Origin: Jimgerdemannia flammicorona
Taxonomy: Eukaryota
Direction of reading: 5' to 3'
NCBI GenBank assembly: GCA_003990765.1
Contig: RBNJ01000333.1
Location: 1 to 32,813, forward strand
Length of the DNA stretch: 32,813 nt
Part shown: piece after piece, positions 21,698 to 32,813 of the stretch
How the letters are laid out: every line of letters starts with the position of its first letter
Numbering within the stretch: the stretch's first letter is position 1
The notes under the pieces: generated by a model
Database searches by the model: none
What the model was told of the DNA's origin: nothing
What the model saw: the letters and a program-made list of their open reading frames with translations, nothing else
Position numbers and translations under genes: made by a program

Positions 21698-23205
21698 TGT
21701 GACAAGCAGCAGAAGTCAAACGTATCTGGACAGCTAGAACTGCTTTGTCAAAAGACAGTCAAAGATGTCTGGACAGCTAGGGCTGCTTTGTCATGACAAC
21801 TTATATAATTAGCTAGACATACCAGACAGGGTATCTTTTTTTTTTTTTTTTTTTTATAGTCACTTGGACTCCTTCCTTTATTAATACACCTGTCTATCCT
21901 CTATATAATACACAGTACCCACCCCTATCCGATCCCCCTATACCAGAAAGTGTATCTGTACAGGACCTGAACACTTGTACAGGATCTGAACACTTGTACA
22001 GGACCTGAACACTTGTACAGAACCAGAAACACCTGCCATAAATAGCCTTCTATAATTAGCCATGTAGCAACTAGGTAGCAACCAACTTGTATAAAATACC
22101 CCAGAGACAAGAGTGAATAAACCTCAGTCGGAATTGAAGTACAAACCAAAGAAGCCTCTAAAGATTGAGCATTTGTCCCCTTTTCCCACTCCGGTCCATT
22201 TTCCGATACAAAGAACGAGTCCGTTTTGGTTCGCTTGCTAGATAAGCCTGAAGAATCCAAGAAATCCGCCGCCATTTGAGTAATCCGCTGCTTAAGGAAT
22301 AAACCGCCGTTTTCAAGAAGTCCGCCTTTTGCCACAAAGCCAGTCTGTTGACACAACTTCGCAGTAGAGCCAGTCTAACGACGTAACTCCGCGTAAACGA
22401 AGCCAGTCTTGACATAACTTTGCCAAGAGAAGAGGATCCGAGTTATTTAAGAAGTCCGCCGATTCAGGAGAATCCGCGTCATCTGCCGTTTTCAAGTTAT
22501 CCGCTATTCCCAGAGAACCCGCCTTAAGGAAACTTGCCACAAGCCAGTCTTCTGACGCAAATTCGCAGTGGAGCCAGTCTACGACGTAACCCCGCGCAAA
22601 CGAAGCTAGTCTTTGACGTAACTTGCCAATAATCCGCGATCCGCGCCATCCGAGTTATTTCCCAGAACCCCGCCGATTCAGGAAGAATCCGCGACATCCG
22701 AGCTATCCGAGTTATCCGAATTATCCGCCGCCCGAGTTATTCACCCGTTCCCAGTGAGCCGATTCAGGAAGAATCCGCGTCACCGAGTTATCCGAGTTAT
22801 CCACCAAATCCGCATAAGGAAACCGCCGCGCTACACAGAGATCGTCGCGCTACACAGAGATCGTCACGCAGAAATCGCATAAGAAGTCCACTCGCACTAC
22901 ACAAAGATCGTCGCGCTACACAAGAGATCGTCACGCAGAAATCGCATACTTTTGGAGATCGCCGTCACTCAAGAAGGAAACCGCTAAATTACCAGTCCGC
23001 CACACACCCATAAATCGCCGCTACACCCAGAGAACCCTCCCAATAAGGAAATCCGCCAGAATCGACCACCGTATCCAGATTTGACTATTATACCACTAAA
23101 CACCAAGAAAATTTTGTTGCTTTTGACAAAGTAACTGGGGGCTCAAGCCAAACTACATCAACCCCCAACCTTGTAATTTGCCTCCGTTGAGCCAGGCACG
23201 TTACA
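21698..23205. mobile_element. Solo LTR or LTR-derived non-autonomous insertion, 1508 bp
   Basis: Begins TGTGAC and ends GTTACA, flanked by a 4-bp duplication CTAC (21694-21697 and 23206-23209). Removing it restores taactacgtttg as in the other units. It contains TATAAAA (~22091) and AATAAA (~22116), and no gag/pol ORF is evident. Confidence 0.85.
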
Positions 23206-23244
23206 CTACGTTTGTATAGGGCGGGCAGCAACAAATATCTTGTG

Positions 23245-25655
23245 CTCGAGACAAACTCTGATTTGCTTCGCTCACTCGAGACAAACTCTGATTTGCTTCG
23301 CTCACTCGAGACAAACTCTGATTTGCTTCGCTCAATCGAGACAAACTCTGATTTCAGAACGCAGTGAAATGTGATAAGTAATGTGAATTGCAGAATTCCA
23401 AAATGACATCCAAAATGTGTTTTGTTTGCTAGTCAGACAGCGCCAAATTATTGGGCTTTGGGCTTGCCGAATTTTATTTCGGCTGGCTTGAAATAGTTTA
23501 ACTACGTTTGTATAGGGCGGGCAGAAACAAATATCTTGTGCTCGAGACAAACTCTGATTTGCTTCGCTCGCTCAAGACAAACTCTGATTTGTTAGAGTTA
23601 TGAACGTAGCTCAAACTTCGGCAAAGTGGCCGAAGCCACGGATAAACCACTATCATGCAATCTTTCAGGTCTTTCATGCAATCTTAGCTTAGTGTCAGTT
23701 CCCTGCCACGCCGTTTCTTATGCAATCTTAGCTTAGTCTCAGTTCCCGTTGCGCTGTTTCTTATGCAATGTTAGCCTAGTCTCAGTTCCCCGGCAAGGTG
23801 CCAGCGGCAAATAGCTTAGCAACGTTTCAGTATGCATTATATGTAATATCCCCCTGAGCGACTGAGTACGCGTCGCATCTTAACAATCAAGCGCGTAGAC
23901 TACGCCTGTATACTTAGTTAGTTCCTGCAATCAGTTACGCAACCCATCCCGCCCTTCCCTCTTGGAGGAGGAACAATAAATGTGCGGCCCCTTCGCTTTA
24001 CGCGAATGGCGGGCCTGGGAAGCGCATGCTTCCATATTCACCAAACCCGTCGACCCAGCTTACATCAGCACACCCGATTTAGCATAACACATCTCACATA
24101 CATTTCACGCGAAGGACACTTTGCTTCGCTCAATCGAGACAAACTCTGATTTGCTTCGCTCACTCGAGACAAACTCTGATTGGCTTCGCTCAATCGAGAC
24201 AAACTCTGATTTCAGAACGTAGTGAAATGTGATAAGTAATGTGAATTGCAGAATTCGAAAATGACATCCAAAATTTGGTTTGTTTGCTAGTCAGACATCG
24301 CCAAATTATTGGGCTTTGGGCTTGCCGAATTTTATTTCGGCTGGCTTGAAATAGTTTAACTACGTTTGTATAGGGCGGGCAGCAACAAATATCTTGTGCT
24401 GGAGACAAACTCTGATTTGCTTCGCTCACTCGAGACAAACTCTTATTTGCTTCGCTCAATCGAGACAAACTCTGATTTGCTTCGCTCACTCGAGACAAAC
24501 TCTGATTTCAGAACGCAGTGAAATGTGATAAGTAATGTGAATTGCAGAATTCGAAAATGACATCCAAAATTTGGTTTGTTTGCTTGTCAGACAGCGCCAA
24601 ATTATTGGGCTTTGGGCTTGCCGAATTTTATTTCGGCTGGCTTGAAATAGTTTAACTACGTTTGATAGGGCGGGCAGCAACAAATATCTTGTGCTCGAGA
24701 CAAACTCTGATTTGCTTCGCTCAATTGAGACAAACTCTGATTTGCCTTCGCTCACTCGAGACAAACGCTGATTTGCTTCGCTCAATCGAGACAAACTCTG
24801 ATTTTCGCTCACTCGAGACAAACTCTGATTTGCTTCGCTCACTCGAGACAAACTCTGATTTCCTAACGCAGTGAAATGTAATAAGTAATGTGAATTGCAG
24901 AATTCGAAAATGACATCCAAAATTTGGTTTGTTTGCTAGTCAGACAGCGCCAAATTATTGGGCTTTGGGCTTGCCGAATTTTATTTCGGCTGGCTTGAAA
25001 TAGTTTAACTACGTTTGTATAGGGCGGGCAGCAACAAATATCTTGTGCTCGAGACAAACTCTGATTTGTTTCGCTCAATCGAGACAAACTCTGATTTGCC
25101 TTCGCTCACTCGAGACAAACGCTGATTTGCTTCGCTCAATCGAGACAAACTCTGATTTTCGCTCACTCGAGACAAACTCTTATTTGCTTCGCTCAATCGA
25201 GACAAACTCTGATTTGCTTCGCTCACTCGAGACAAACTCTGATTTCAGAACGCAGTGAAATGTGATAAGTAATGTGAATTGCAGAATTCGAAAATGACAT
25301 CCAAAATTTGGTTTGTTTCCTAGTCAGACAGCGCCAAATTATTGGGCTTTGGGCTTGCCGAATTTTATTTCGGCTGGCTTGAAATAGTTTAACTACGTTT
25401 GTATAGGGCGGGCAGCAACAAATATCTTGTGCTCGAGACAAACTCTGATTTGCTTCGCTCAATCGAGACAAACTCTGATTTGCCTTCGCTCACTCGAGAC
25501 AAACGCTGATTTGCTTCGCTCAATCGAGACAAACTCTGATTTTCGCTCACTCGAGACAAACTCTGATTTGTTTCGCTCAATCGAGACAAACTCTGATTTG
25601 CTTCGCTCAATCGAGACAAACTCTGATTTGCTTCGCACACTCGAGACAAACTCTA
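23245..25655 (+). repeat. 30-bp minisatellite TCGAGACAAACTCTGATTTGCTTCGCTCA(C/A) nested in the rDNA-derived units
   Basis: Blocks of 4, 5, 4, 6, 7 and 8 copies of gagacaaac in successive units, with head-to-tail copies and no spacers. Confidence 0.95.
23592..24119 (+). mobile_element. ~0.53 kb LTR-like insertion in the 30-bp subrepeat
   Basis: Interrupts ctctgatttg|cttcgctc with TTTG on both sides (23588-23591 and 24120-24123). TGTTA...TAACA spans 23590-24089. It has three ~41-bp internal repeats (atgcaatcttagcttagtctcagttccc) and AATAAA near 23975. Boundaries are ambiguous. Confidence 0.7.
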
Positions 25656-25969
25656 TGTCAAAGCATTTTTCATCACTTACTCTCTTACACAAATATATCT
25701 GTAACTCACATCATTTCTCTATATCTAAGTGATATTCTTCATTGCACGCTATTTCCATAAATAATCTGAAGATCAGAAAAAAGATCATATTCTCGATTAT
25801 GTGCGAAATCACGGGAGACAATGTGTATTAATTTCGATCAACCTACCCGGTGAAGGGAATATATAAAACATGATTGATCAATTTCCGCTAAACAATATCT
25901 TTGAACATATTACATATTTGTTTTAGACTATATATCTACGTTTTGTGTGTGTGGATGATAATGTATGCA

Positions 25970-26436
25970 GCTACGTCATTGTCGGGAACTCCCACTCCGG
26001 ACCTATTGATATGGATGCTATGACGACTACCACGAAATTCCGGCTCAACAAGTTCCTCGGCCGACCCCGCACTCGAAACCCAAGTACACGCTTGTCACGG
26101 GGGACGGCGTCAACATTCCGCTGGACCCGAACTGGGCGAGGTACTGCCCCTATCTGGCCGCAAGCTACACACCCTGGACGCATACAAATTTCTGGCGGTG
26201 ACGGTTCTGTTTGATCATCGAGTGCCGCGACCATCTACGCCATTAAGAACTGCAGACGTGCACCGCCTCCGCCTCAAACAACTCGCTCTACGACGTGCAA
26301 TTGCCCGGCGACATTTAATGAGTGGGCTCGGTTGAGACCACAGGTCAATGATTGCAGGAATGTCTTTGGCGCCGATGTCTTTGGCGCGTACGCCTTGTCT
26401 GTGTTTCTGTTTTGGGGCGGTGGCGGGATAATGTAA
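25970..26436 (+). pseudogene. Possible decayed last exon of a secreted/GPI-type protein gene
   Basis: A GC-rich island after a possible acceptor (tatgcag). The frames give YVIVGNSHSGPIDMDAM..., KPKYTLVTGDGVNIPLDPNWARYCPYLAASYTP and a Ser/Thr/Pro stretch ending in a hydrophobic tail (VFGAYALSVFLFWGGGGIM*), but are broken by frameshifts and stops. Confidence 0.3.
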
Positions 26437-26699
26437 TGTTTTAATTTGCATTGCGGGCGTATATTCCTATTTGGGTAATCTATAGCATTAGGTGCTTTAC
26501 GCTAGTTCTATTCATCATTCTTAGCTCAATACGCTACTCCCTACGCTCTATGTACATTCACCGCATGTAAATTCGCTCTCGCTTTCATCTACCACCCCCC
26601 CTCCCTGCTCATGTATATACATAGTTATGGGGCCGGTTTTCTTTTCACCGTGTGTTTCTCCCAAATACATTTACCGGAAACAACAATTACAATCATTGG

Positions 26700-26786
26700 T
26701 TTTTCTTCTTTCGCATCGGAGGGTTATAACTTTCGCGCGCGGGTTGTCTTCTTTCGCATCAGAGGGTTTTAATTTTCGCGCGCTGG
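26700..26786 (+). repeat. ~44-bp tandem duplication
   Basis: tcttctttcgcatc.gagggtt.taa.tttcgcgcgc occurs twice. Confidence 0.85.
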
Positions 26787-27218
26787 TCGGACATTGTAGC
26801 TAGACATTGACGAGTCTGTACCCATCACTGGCGGAGATTATATCTTCGACTATTTGGAGTTTGCGTTTGTGGCTCAGGAGCCTCTACGGTCAGCCATCGC
26901 TTGTCGCCGTCGAAAGGTCCGTACGTAGCACAGGTAGAGACTACATCTTCCATGTTCGGGAGCCCGCGATTGCGTTCAGGAGGACGATGGCTGCCTAGAA
27001 TCGGAGTTCGACTCCACCGCCGATTTTTTTAGAGTCGCCATTTCTTTAATGATGGTGGCCGGAAAAGACTGCACCACGAGGTTGCGTCTATGTACGGCGT
27101 ACATGATGTGCAAAACGACGAGAACGTTGTCACTGTGTAGGTGCAAAGTATGCAAGGGCTCAGGTGGCGGAGGTATGGGAGAATTCGGTATGGAGTGGGT
27201 AAGTAAGTGCGTAGCCAC
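26780..27218 (-). pseudogene. Possible decayed coding fragment, unknown family
   Basis: ORF 27218..26976 continues past a TGA as TQSRAPEHEDVVSTCATYGPFDGDKRWLTVEAPEPQTQTPNSRRYNLRQ*, compatible with CGA-to-TGA nonsense changes. Confidence 0.25.
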
Positions 27219-27939
27219 TTTGATTATAATGCATTAATATCATCTGAATCTATCTCATAAATTATTCACAATCATAGGGCTGAATTAAATAATTGTTGTT
27301 TTGATCTTCATGCTCACCAAATTCTCTCTCGCCGATGAGAAAACTAGGTATTATAAGTAACAAATGCAAAATTATTTTAAAACCAAATACAAAAGTTGAA
27401 AACATCTCATCTCCACCAGAAGTAACGAATCAAAATGTGATACAAGTACGACCAAAGTATAATCGCAAAGAATGGACGCTGTAGACGTATAATTGAAGAA
27501 ACGAGCCACTGTACGATATAAATTTTGTTATGCAGAGCTACGGCGTAGGTCGTCTTCCGTTTCAGCGAGTGTGGAATTCATCAAAGCCTTCAATACATTA
27601 CGCGGCACGTAAATTGACAAAAATCACCCCATTGTGGGAATTGTTCTTTATCGGCCCTCGACACAATCAACGCCGCCGCTACTACAAAAAAATTCAAAAT
27701 CCTCCCTTCTCACCACCATGCGCTTTCCTTTCCCCTCCCATTCCCAACTACTTTCACCAAAAAGCAGAGCATACAATCCCCCGATACATACAATCCTCTG
27801 GAAGAGGTACATGTCAGACTCCAACACCATCATCGAAACATTGAATCCATCATCCAAGTGCCTTTGCCAGGGCCAGGTTGCGCAGATTCGGTTGCATCGG
27901 GTGTCATTTTACTAGACAATAGTTTAAAATATTTCATAG

Positions 27940-28575
27940 ACCTGATTTCTGTGTCTTCCACTGCGCCAACATCTCTGTCGCCATACCTTCCTCGTCTCCG
28001 CCACTATCTCTGAGCCTCTGAGTTATAACGCTGCCCTCAACCCAGCCTCGGCCTTCATCCACGCACCACCGCTTTCGATCCAGGATAAGCCATCCAAGAA
28101 ATAGCTGTAAGTACCTCGAAACGCTTCTGATTCGGTCGCTGGCAGATATTGAGCAAAAGGACAATCGTATACACGCGCTTGAGAATTTGCAGAAAGAAAA
28201 CTTCAGGAGGAATTTCGCGGGTAGAGTCGACAAAGAGAGGTCGGAGCTCAGGCGTAGTTTACGGCGATGAGCAATATGGGGACATGGTTTGGCAATAGGA
28301 GGAGGAGAGGAGGAGAAAGCAAGGGTTATCAGAACAGTAGGAGATTGAGTAAGGAGAAGGAAGGGTAGAGGGTGGTTAAGGAGGGGAGGTAAAGCGAGGA
28401 TTCTCAGACTAATTAGAGTTTGAGTAAGGAGGTGGAAAGGAAGAGGTGGAGCGAGAAGGAAGAGAAAGAGACCAGAAGAATTTTGCGAATAAGATGACAG
28501 AAGAGGTTAAAATGGAGATAAGCGAAGGATTTGGCAACAAGTAGAAATTGGATGAGAAAGAAGAGATAAATGGAT
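27940..28575 (+). pseudogene. Decayed coiled-coil (E/K/R-rich) coding fragment
   Basis: One frame reads KYLETLLIRSLADIEQKDNRIHALENLQKENFRR, followed by a purine-rich GAG/AAG tract with stops. Confidence 0.3.
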
Positions 28576-29299
28576 TGGTTTTGTGTTTCGGAATATTCAA
28601 CGAGGATTGTACAGATGTAGAGGTGTCTTGTACCAATAATTTCATAATTTGTGGACGAGGTTGGTGGCGCTGGAAGAAACAGTGTTTTGGGCACTGCTAC
28701 GCGCATCGCCGACAACCACTGGGGCGGATATTGACATGTTAATATGTCAAGGGCAGTGGCGAAATCTGTCGATGAGGTCAGGAGGACAGAAAAGGTGGTA
28801 TTGGTGGGTTCGGAGAGGTTGGTGTTGTCGATTGTGCGGACCGGAAGTGGCTGAAATTATTCTGATACGAAAATTCACATATGGCAACTATTCCTTTGAA
28901 AACTTATATGAACCAAGCACCATCACCACCTTTGAAATTAATACCAGCAAGACCTATTTCACTGGGTGATGCGAGACTGAGGTGTCACACTCTGGTTATT
29001 ATCTGTCTGAAAATCAAGCCTGGGATCGATCAAAGGTCGGTTCACGCTTTGACGATGGCGCGGCCGTGATGCTTTCTTTGGGTAAACCGATGTACCTGAA
29101 GCAGATTGCGCAGATCTTTGGCCTAGATCTCTAGCCCTAGTATGACAATTCACAAAGGGCTGAGTAAATGGGATGCAGCTCTCCCTTGGCGAGATCGAGT
29201 TGGTTTGTGAGGAATTTACTTCCAACTGGAGAAAGGGGATCTACGTGAGTATTCCAATGTTGGGACGATTTTCGGTTGAGAGAGAACCACGACTATGGC

Positions 29300-30233
29300 G
29301 TCACCGGTCCGAATGGCTTTGTATATCTCTATAAAGCGTGCATTCTTGTGGCCTTTCTTTATATAGACCAACTTTGGGAAAGTGTTTTGTGTTGTGAACG
29401 TTCAACACTAGCATCAGGTAAGTCATTTCTTCTAATATTATCTCCTCTTAATTGCGTGCCCTATTTCTTTTCAACACAAAAATATTCCCCTCCCTTCCCA
29501 TTGGTATAATAACTAAAAGGGGATGGGGGAAGCGGCTGAACAATGCTCGAAATCTTTTAGGCAATTGTACATGTACCAAGGGTACGCCAATAAACATTAC
29601 AGAGTGTGCAGCAGATAAAAAATCTTTATATGACTGTTTCGCTGTTCTAATGGCAATCATCCGTATATATCCTACAAAAACTTAGAAGACAAATTCCTTT
29701 TTTTTGTAACACCATAACTATGTCTGGGAACGATCCGAACGTCGCAATAACATCATATTTTTCATTTGCCCAACCCTTAATCTGAACACGTCCAAATTTA
29801 TTTCGTAACTAGCATGCAGACTTAAACCAGCAGAAAGTGATATCTCTGGAGCGGTTCTTGTGAACCATATTCTCCAAAGGCTGTGTTTATTGTACATAAA
29901 TTATTGGCATGCTCACGGCCTAAATGTATACAGCCCACATATTACCGATAATGCAATAATGGTGGTTACTATTTCAATTCTTCCCGGTTCCGGAAATGAA
30001 TGTTGGGTGCTTTCTATACCTGGGTTATCCACATTGTATGTAAAATATCAAATTCCCGAGAACATGTCCACTTCGGAAAAGAATATGAATGTCCGGAAGA
30101 AATTATTCCTTCTGGAGCTTGTGGTACTCCTTGATATTTGGCAAGGAGCATCATCCTCTTGCCCGTGAACTTCACCTCGGGCATGAGCTATTGTTTCATG
30201 GGAATAATTGCACACATATGAAAAAGACGTCAA
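29300..30233 (-). pseudogene. Possible SesB/SERAC1-like alpha/beta-hydrolase pseudogene
   Basis: Motifs occur in family order on the minus strand: VHG (~30160-30170), RIVPRHSYG (~29712-29738), YKDFLSAAHSVMFIGVP (~29580-29630). Compare FVHGL / IFIxHSxGG / GxIFxGTPH. The matches are weak and in different frames. Confidence 0.35.
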
Positions 30234-30527
30234 AGGTCGGATTTAGAGTACATGCAATGAAGCTCAATTTTAACTACAAAGGAGCCAAGCCTTTGTTAAA
30301 TGTGGGTTCACGTCGCCATCTGCAAGCATACTATGTGACAGGTATTTTTAACTATCCAATACCACGTGGAAATTTCTGCACATCCTACGGTTCTGCCTTA
30401 CACGAAAGTGAAATATCTTATAACCAATAGGATCACCGTCATAGCATAGTGTTACTATCTTCTAATTGCATAATAATAACTACATTTCTCTTTGAAAGTC
30501 TTTTATTTTATTACAAACACAAATTCG

Positions 30528-30556
30528 AAAAATAAAAATAAAAATAAAATAAAATA
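30528..30556 (+). repeat. (AAAAT)n microsatellite
   Basis: About 5 pentamer copies. Confidence 0.85.
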
Positions 30557-31949
30557 ACACTGAAACATCTCTATTGCGAACATAATATCTTTACTATTTG
30601 TTATCTTCCAAGAACCTTTAATTCTTCTATGCAAATATTGCCAAAAGTCAAAATTGGCCCGCGTCATCACCTCGGATTCTGTTTATTATTCGTCTTTTTT
30701 GTGGACGAAGCGAAAAAAAGATGCATCGAACGAATATTTGCGCAATACGGTGAAAACCAGATGGCTTAAGTGCCCGGGTTGTGAGAAGGAATTTTTCTCG
30801 AACTAACGAATAACTATATTGATCTCAATTTATTTCGTTCCCGTATCAAATAGATTTCGCGTAGACGAATGACGAACACGTCAATGCGCCAATTCTTAAA
30901 CATGTTGCGCTTTTCGCAAGAAGTTTCAAAAGTGTACGCCTTCATTGACTAGTCAGCTAATATACCACATTAATAACTGCCAGTTCGCCGACTGTAAAAC
31001 TTTATTTACCACTCTGCGTAATGCCACGGATTGGCTATTAATCTTGTCATTTGATATGGGGGATTTCATCCCACAAAACCCCCAATTGACGGATTGGCAA
31101 CCTTGCGGTGAACAGGCAATTCAATTCCTGACGCGTGTCCCATAATACGTCAATGGGAACATTAGGATGCTCAACATAATTCTGAAATTGATTTGAGATT
31201 TAAATTGAAATCTTTCCGTTAACATTTTCTTCCGTAATCCAATTCCGGTCTGCATCGCTTTCGTGAACATAAAAACACAAAGAAGCTATACTGCGCATTC
31301 AATGGCTTACAAACAACGAGATCAACGGTCTTGGAACATAGACGCCTGGTTTTCCTGTGCACTAGCCAAATTGGTTTGCTCACTAACTTTCCATAAAACA
31401 GAACTGATCCGAGATTTGGAAACAAATGGATACCACATATAGGTGATATGGGTCTCTCTTATTCTTTTCCAGAGGGAGTACTAGTATAAGCCCAAAAATA
31501 GCTTGTGTGCTTTGGAAATATATAGCAGACTCCAACGATCCTTGGCTATGAATGGTTCCGTATTTCGGCATGTACTAGCACTTCGAATTAAAAAAAAAAA
31601 GCCTTTGAATTCGAAATTTGATCGGTGACACTGAAACGTGCTTTTTGACCGCAAAACCGACAAGCGGTTACGTAATGTGGGTTCACATTGACATATGCAA
31701 GTGAGTGGTATACATTGTCCGGAATCCATAAAACTTTTATTCTAACTATTCGAAGCCACACCAAATCAACCCTGCCAAATGGGACGGTAAATCCCTAACC
31801 AATTGTATCAATGTCATAGCATAAAAATTTCCAGTCTTAATGGCAGTATAGTTCTTTTTATGCTAATACAAGTTCTGGAAAAAGAGACACAGCTCTCACG
31901 CTGAGCAGAGTATTATCTCCGCTGATAGTTGTCTTCCGAGAACGTTTTG

Positions 31950-32813
31950 GATCTTTTATACAAGTGCTGCCAGCAACCAAAATTTCCCGCTTCACCACCC
32001 GGCACTCTATATAAAATTACAGTGTCTCGGTTATTGGAGCAATTTTTTGGGCTGTCGATAAACCGTTTCTGAATGCGAGCTCCCTATTGCGCTTGAACTC
32101 GGCGGTATGACATTCATTCTCCCCCCGAGCCCCTTATAGCGATTTAAAATTTTGTTCAGCCCGGCGATGTGACTATTCTTCTCGATCTTCAGCCGCATGT
32201 TGTGTGGCACAGCTGGTCGCATGTCTGTTTTCAATTCGAATTTGTGCTTTCGTCGTTGTAGGAGCTGCCTGGCCAACACCGCCAACTTCTGTTTTTTGAA
32301 CAAAACATAAATTTTCAATTCCAAAGTTATCACCTCTACATACTTAGTCTTTTCGCGGCCCTTTTGTGGCGATGGCAGAGTCTTCGATACGTAGAACCGG
32401 ATTTACGAGCAATATTTCCAAAACTTTGGCATCTTAAACAGGACCCATTTTGTCGCAAAACTATGCAATTATTACAGTGCTGTTGGATTTATATTCCATT
32501 TTTGAAGGGTGGCGTAGAATTGTTAAAAGAGAGAATTGTGCATTCCGCATGTAAGTTGATTGTGTGCCAACAATAGTTTTCTGCAAAGATGGTTTTTTAT
32601 AAGTTCGCGGACATCTGACCTGATCCGATATGACTGCTGACTATGACAAGCCAAAATACCGAATGTTTCCGGTCCCAATAATTCGTTGGTGGGTAACCGG
32701 CAATATGCAAATAAGCTCAAGGGCACCAGTCACAACACCAGCCACAAAGGCTATGGCGAAGAAATAGGACCTCCGAAGTGAGGTCACAGTCCTATGGCTA
32801 AATTCCGAAAAAA
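31950..32813 (-). pseudogene. Second possible SesB/SERAC1-like hydrolase pseudogene, truncated by the window edge
   Basis: The minus strand gives LFLRHSLCG (32741-32767, cf. IFLxHSLGG), FYAT (~32508-32519), IENLCFVQKTE and ENECHTAEFKRNRELAFRNGL in the expected order, across frameshifts. Confidence 0.3.

Larger units (their letters stand above)
20899..25655 (+). repeat. rDNA-derived satellite: ~10 units of 5.8S core + ITS2-like segment + variable 30-bp subrepeat
   Basis: The 5.8S motif recurs at about 20899, 21091, 21272, 21568 (partial), 23356, 24214, 24510, 24865 and 25247; one unit near 21423 lacks it. Each is followed by the same ~145-bp segment containing the hairpin gccgaa-ttttat-ttcggc. 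Confidence 0.92.

Noticed and set aside
23245..25655. 30-bp repeats resembling a CRISPR array
   Set aside because: Copies are head-to-tail with no unique spacers, there are no cas genes and the context is eukaryotic rDNA.
20851..25732. Repeated minus-strand ORFs (MSFSNSAIHI..., SRLSEANQSL...)
   Set aside because: Antisense translations of the 5.8S/ITS2-like satellite and of the 30-bp repeat, whose length keeps frame by default.
25656..25940. TG-starting sequence that ends the satellite, as a third LTR insertion
   Set aside because: No matching CA end, TSD or resumption of the satellite was found in the window.
32783..32800. Minus-strand gccataggactgtga, like a 5S rRNA start
   Set aside because: Downstream sequence does not continue as 5S.

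Overview
Repeat-dominated eukaryotic DNA with no intact, recognisable protein-coding gene. The 18S relic looks fungal, possibly early-diverging (Mucoromycota-like); this is an inference from reading by eye. From left to right: (1) a CpG-stripped non-LTR retrotransposon relic with an APE endonuclease start; (2) several minisatellites; (3) two diverged 0.7-0.95 kb arms in inverted orientation around an AT-rich core; (4) a ~6.8 kb CpG-rich satellite with higher-order structure that appears to derive from the frameshifted Thr-rich repeat of a minus-strand mucin-like gene; (5) an orphan rDNA unit. The rDNA unit has triplicated IGS/ETS-like repeats and an 18S collapsed to ~0.9 kb by many deletions, fused directly to a 5.8S core. 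The 5.8S core plus an ITS2-like segment is then amplified ~10 times, with a nested 30-bp repeat that grows from 0 to 8 copies along the array and two LTR-like insertions. (6) The right end holds decayed gene fragments, two of which show weak SesB/SERAC1-like alpha/beta-hydrolase motifs. Most ORFs in the supplied track are repeat artefacts. All alignments and counts were made by eye.
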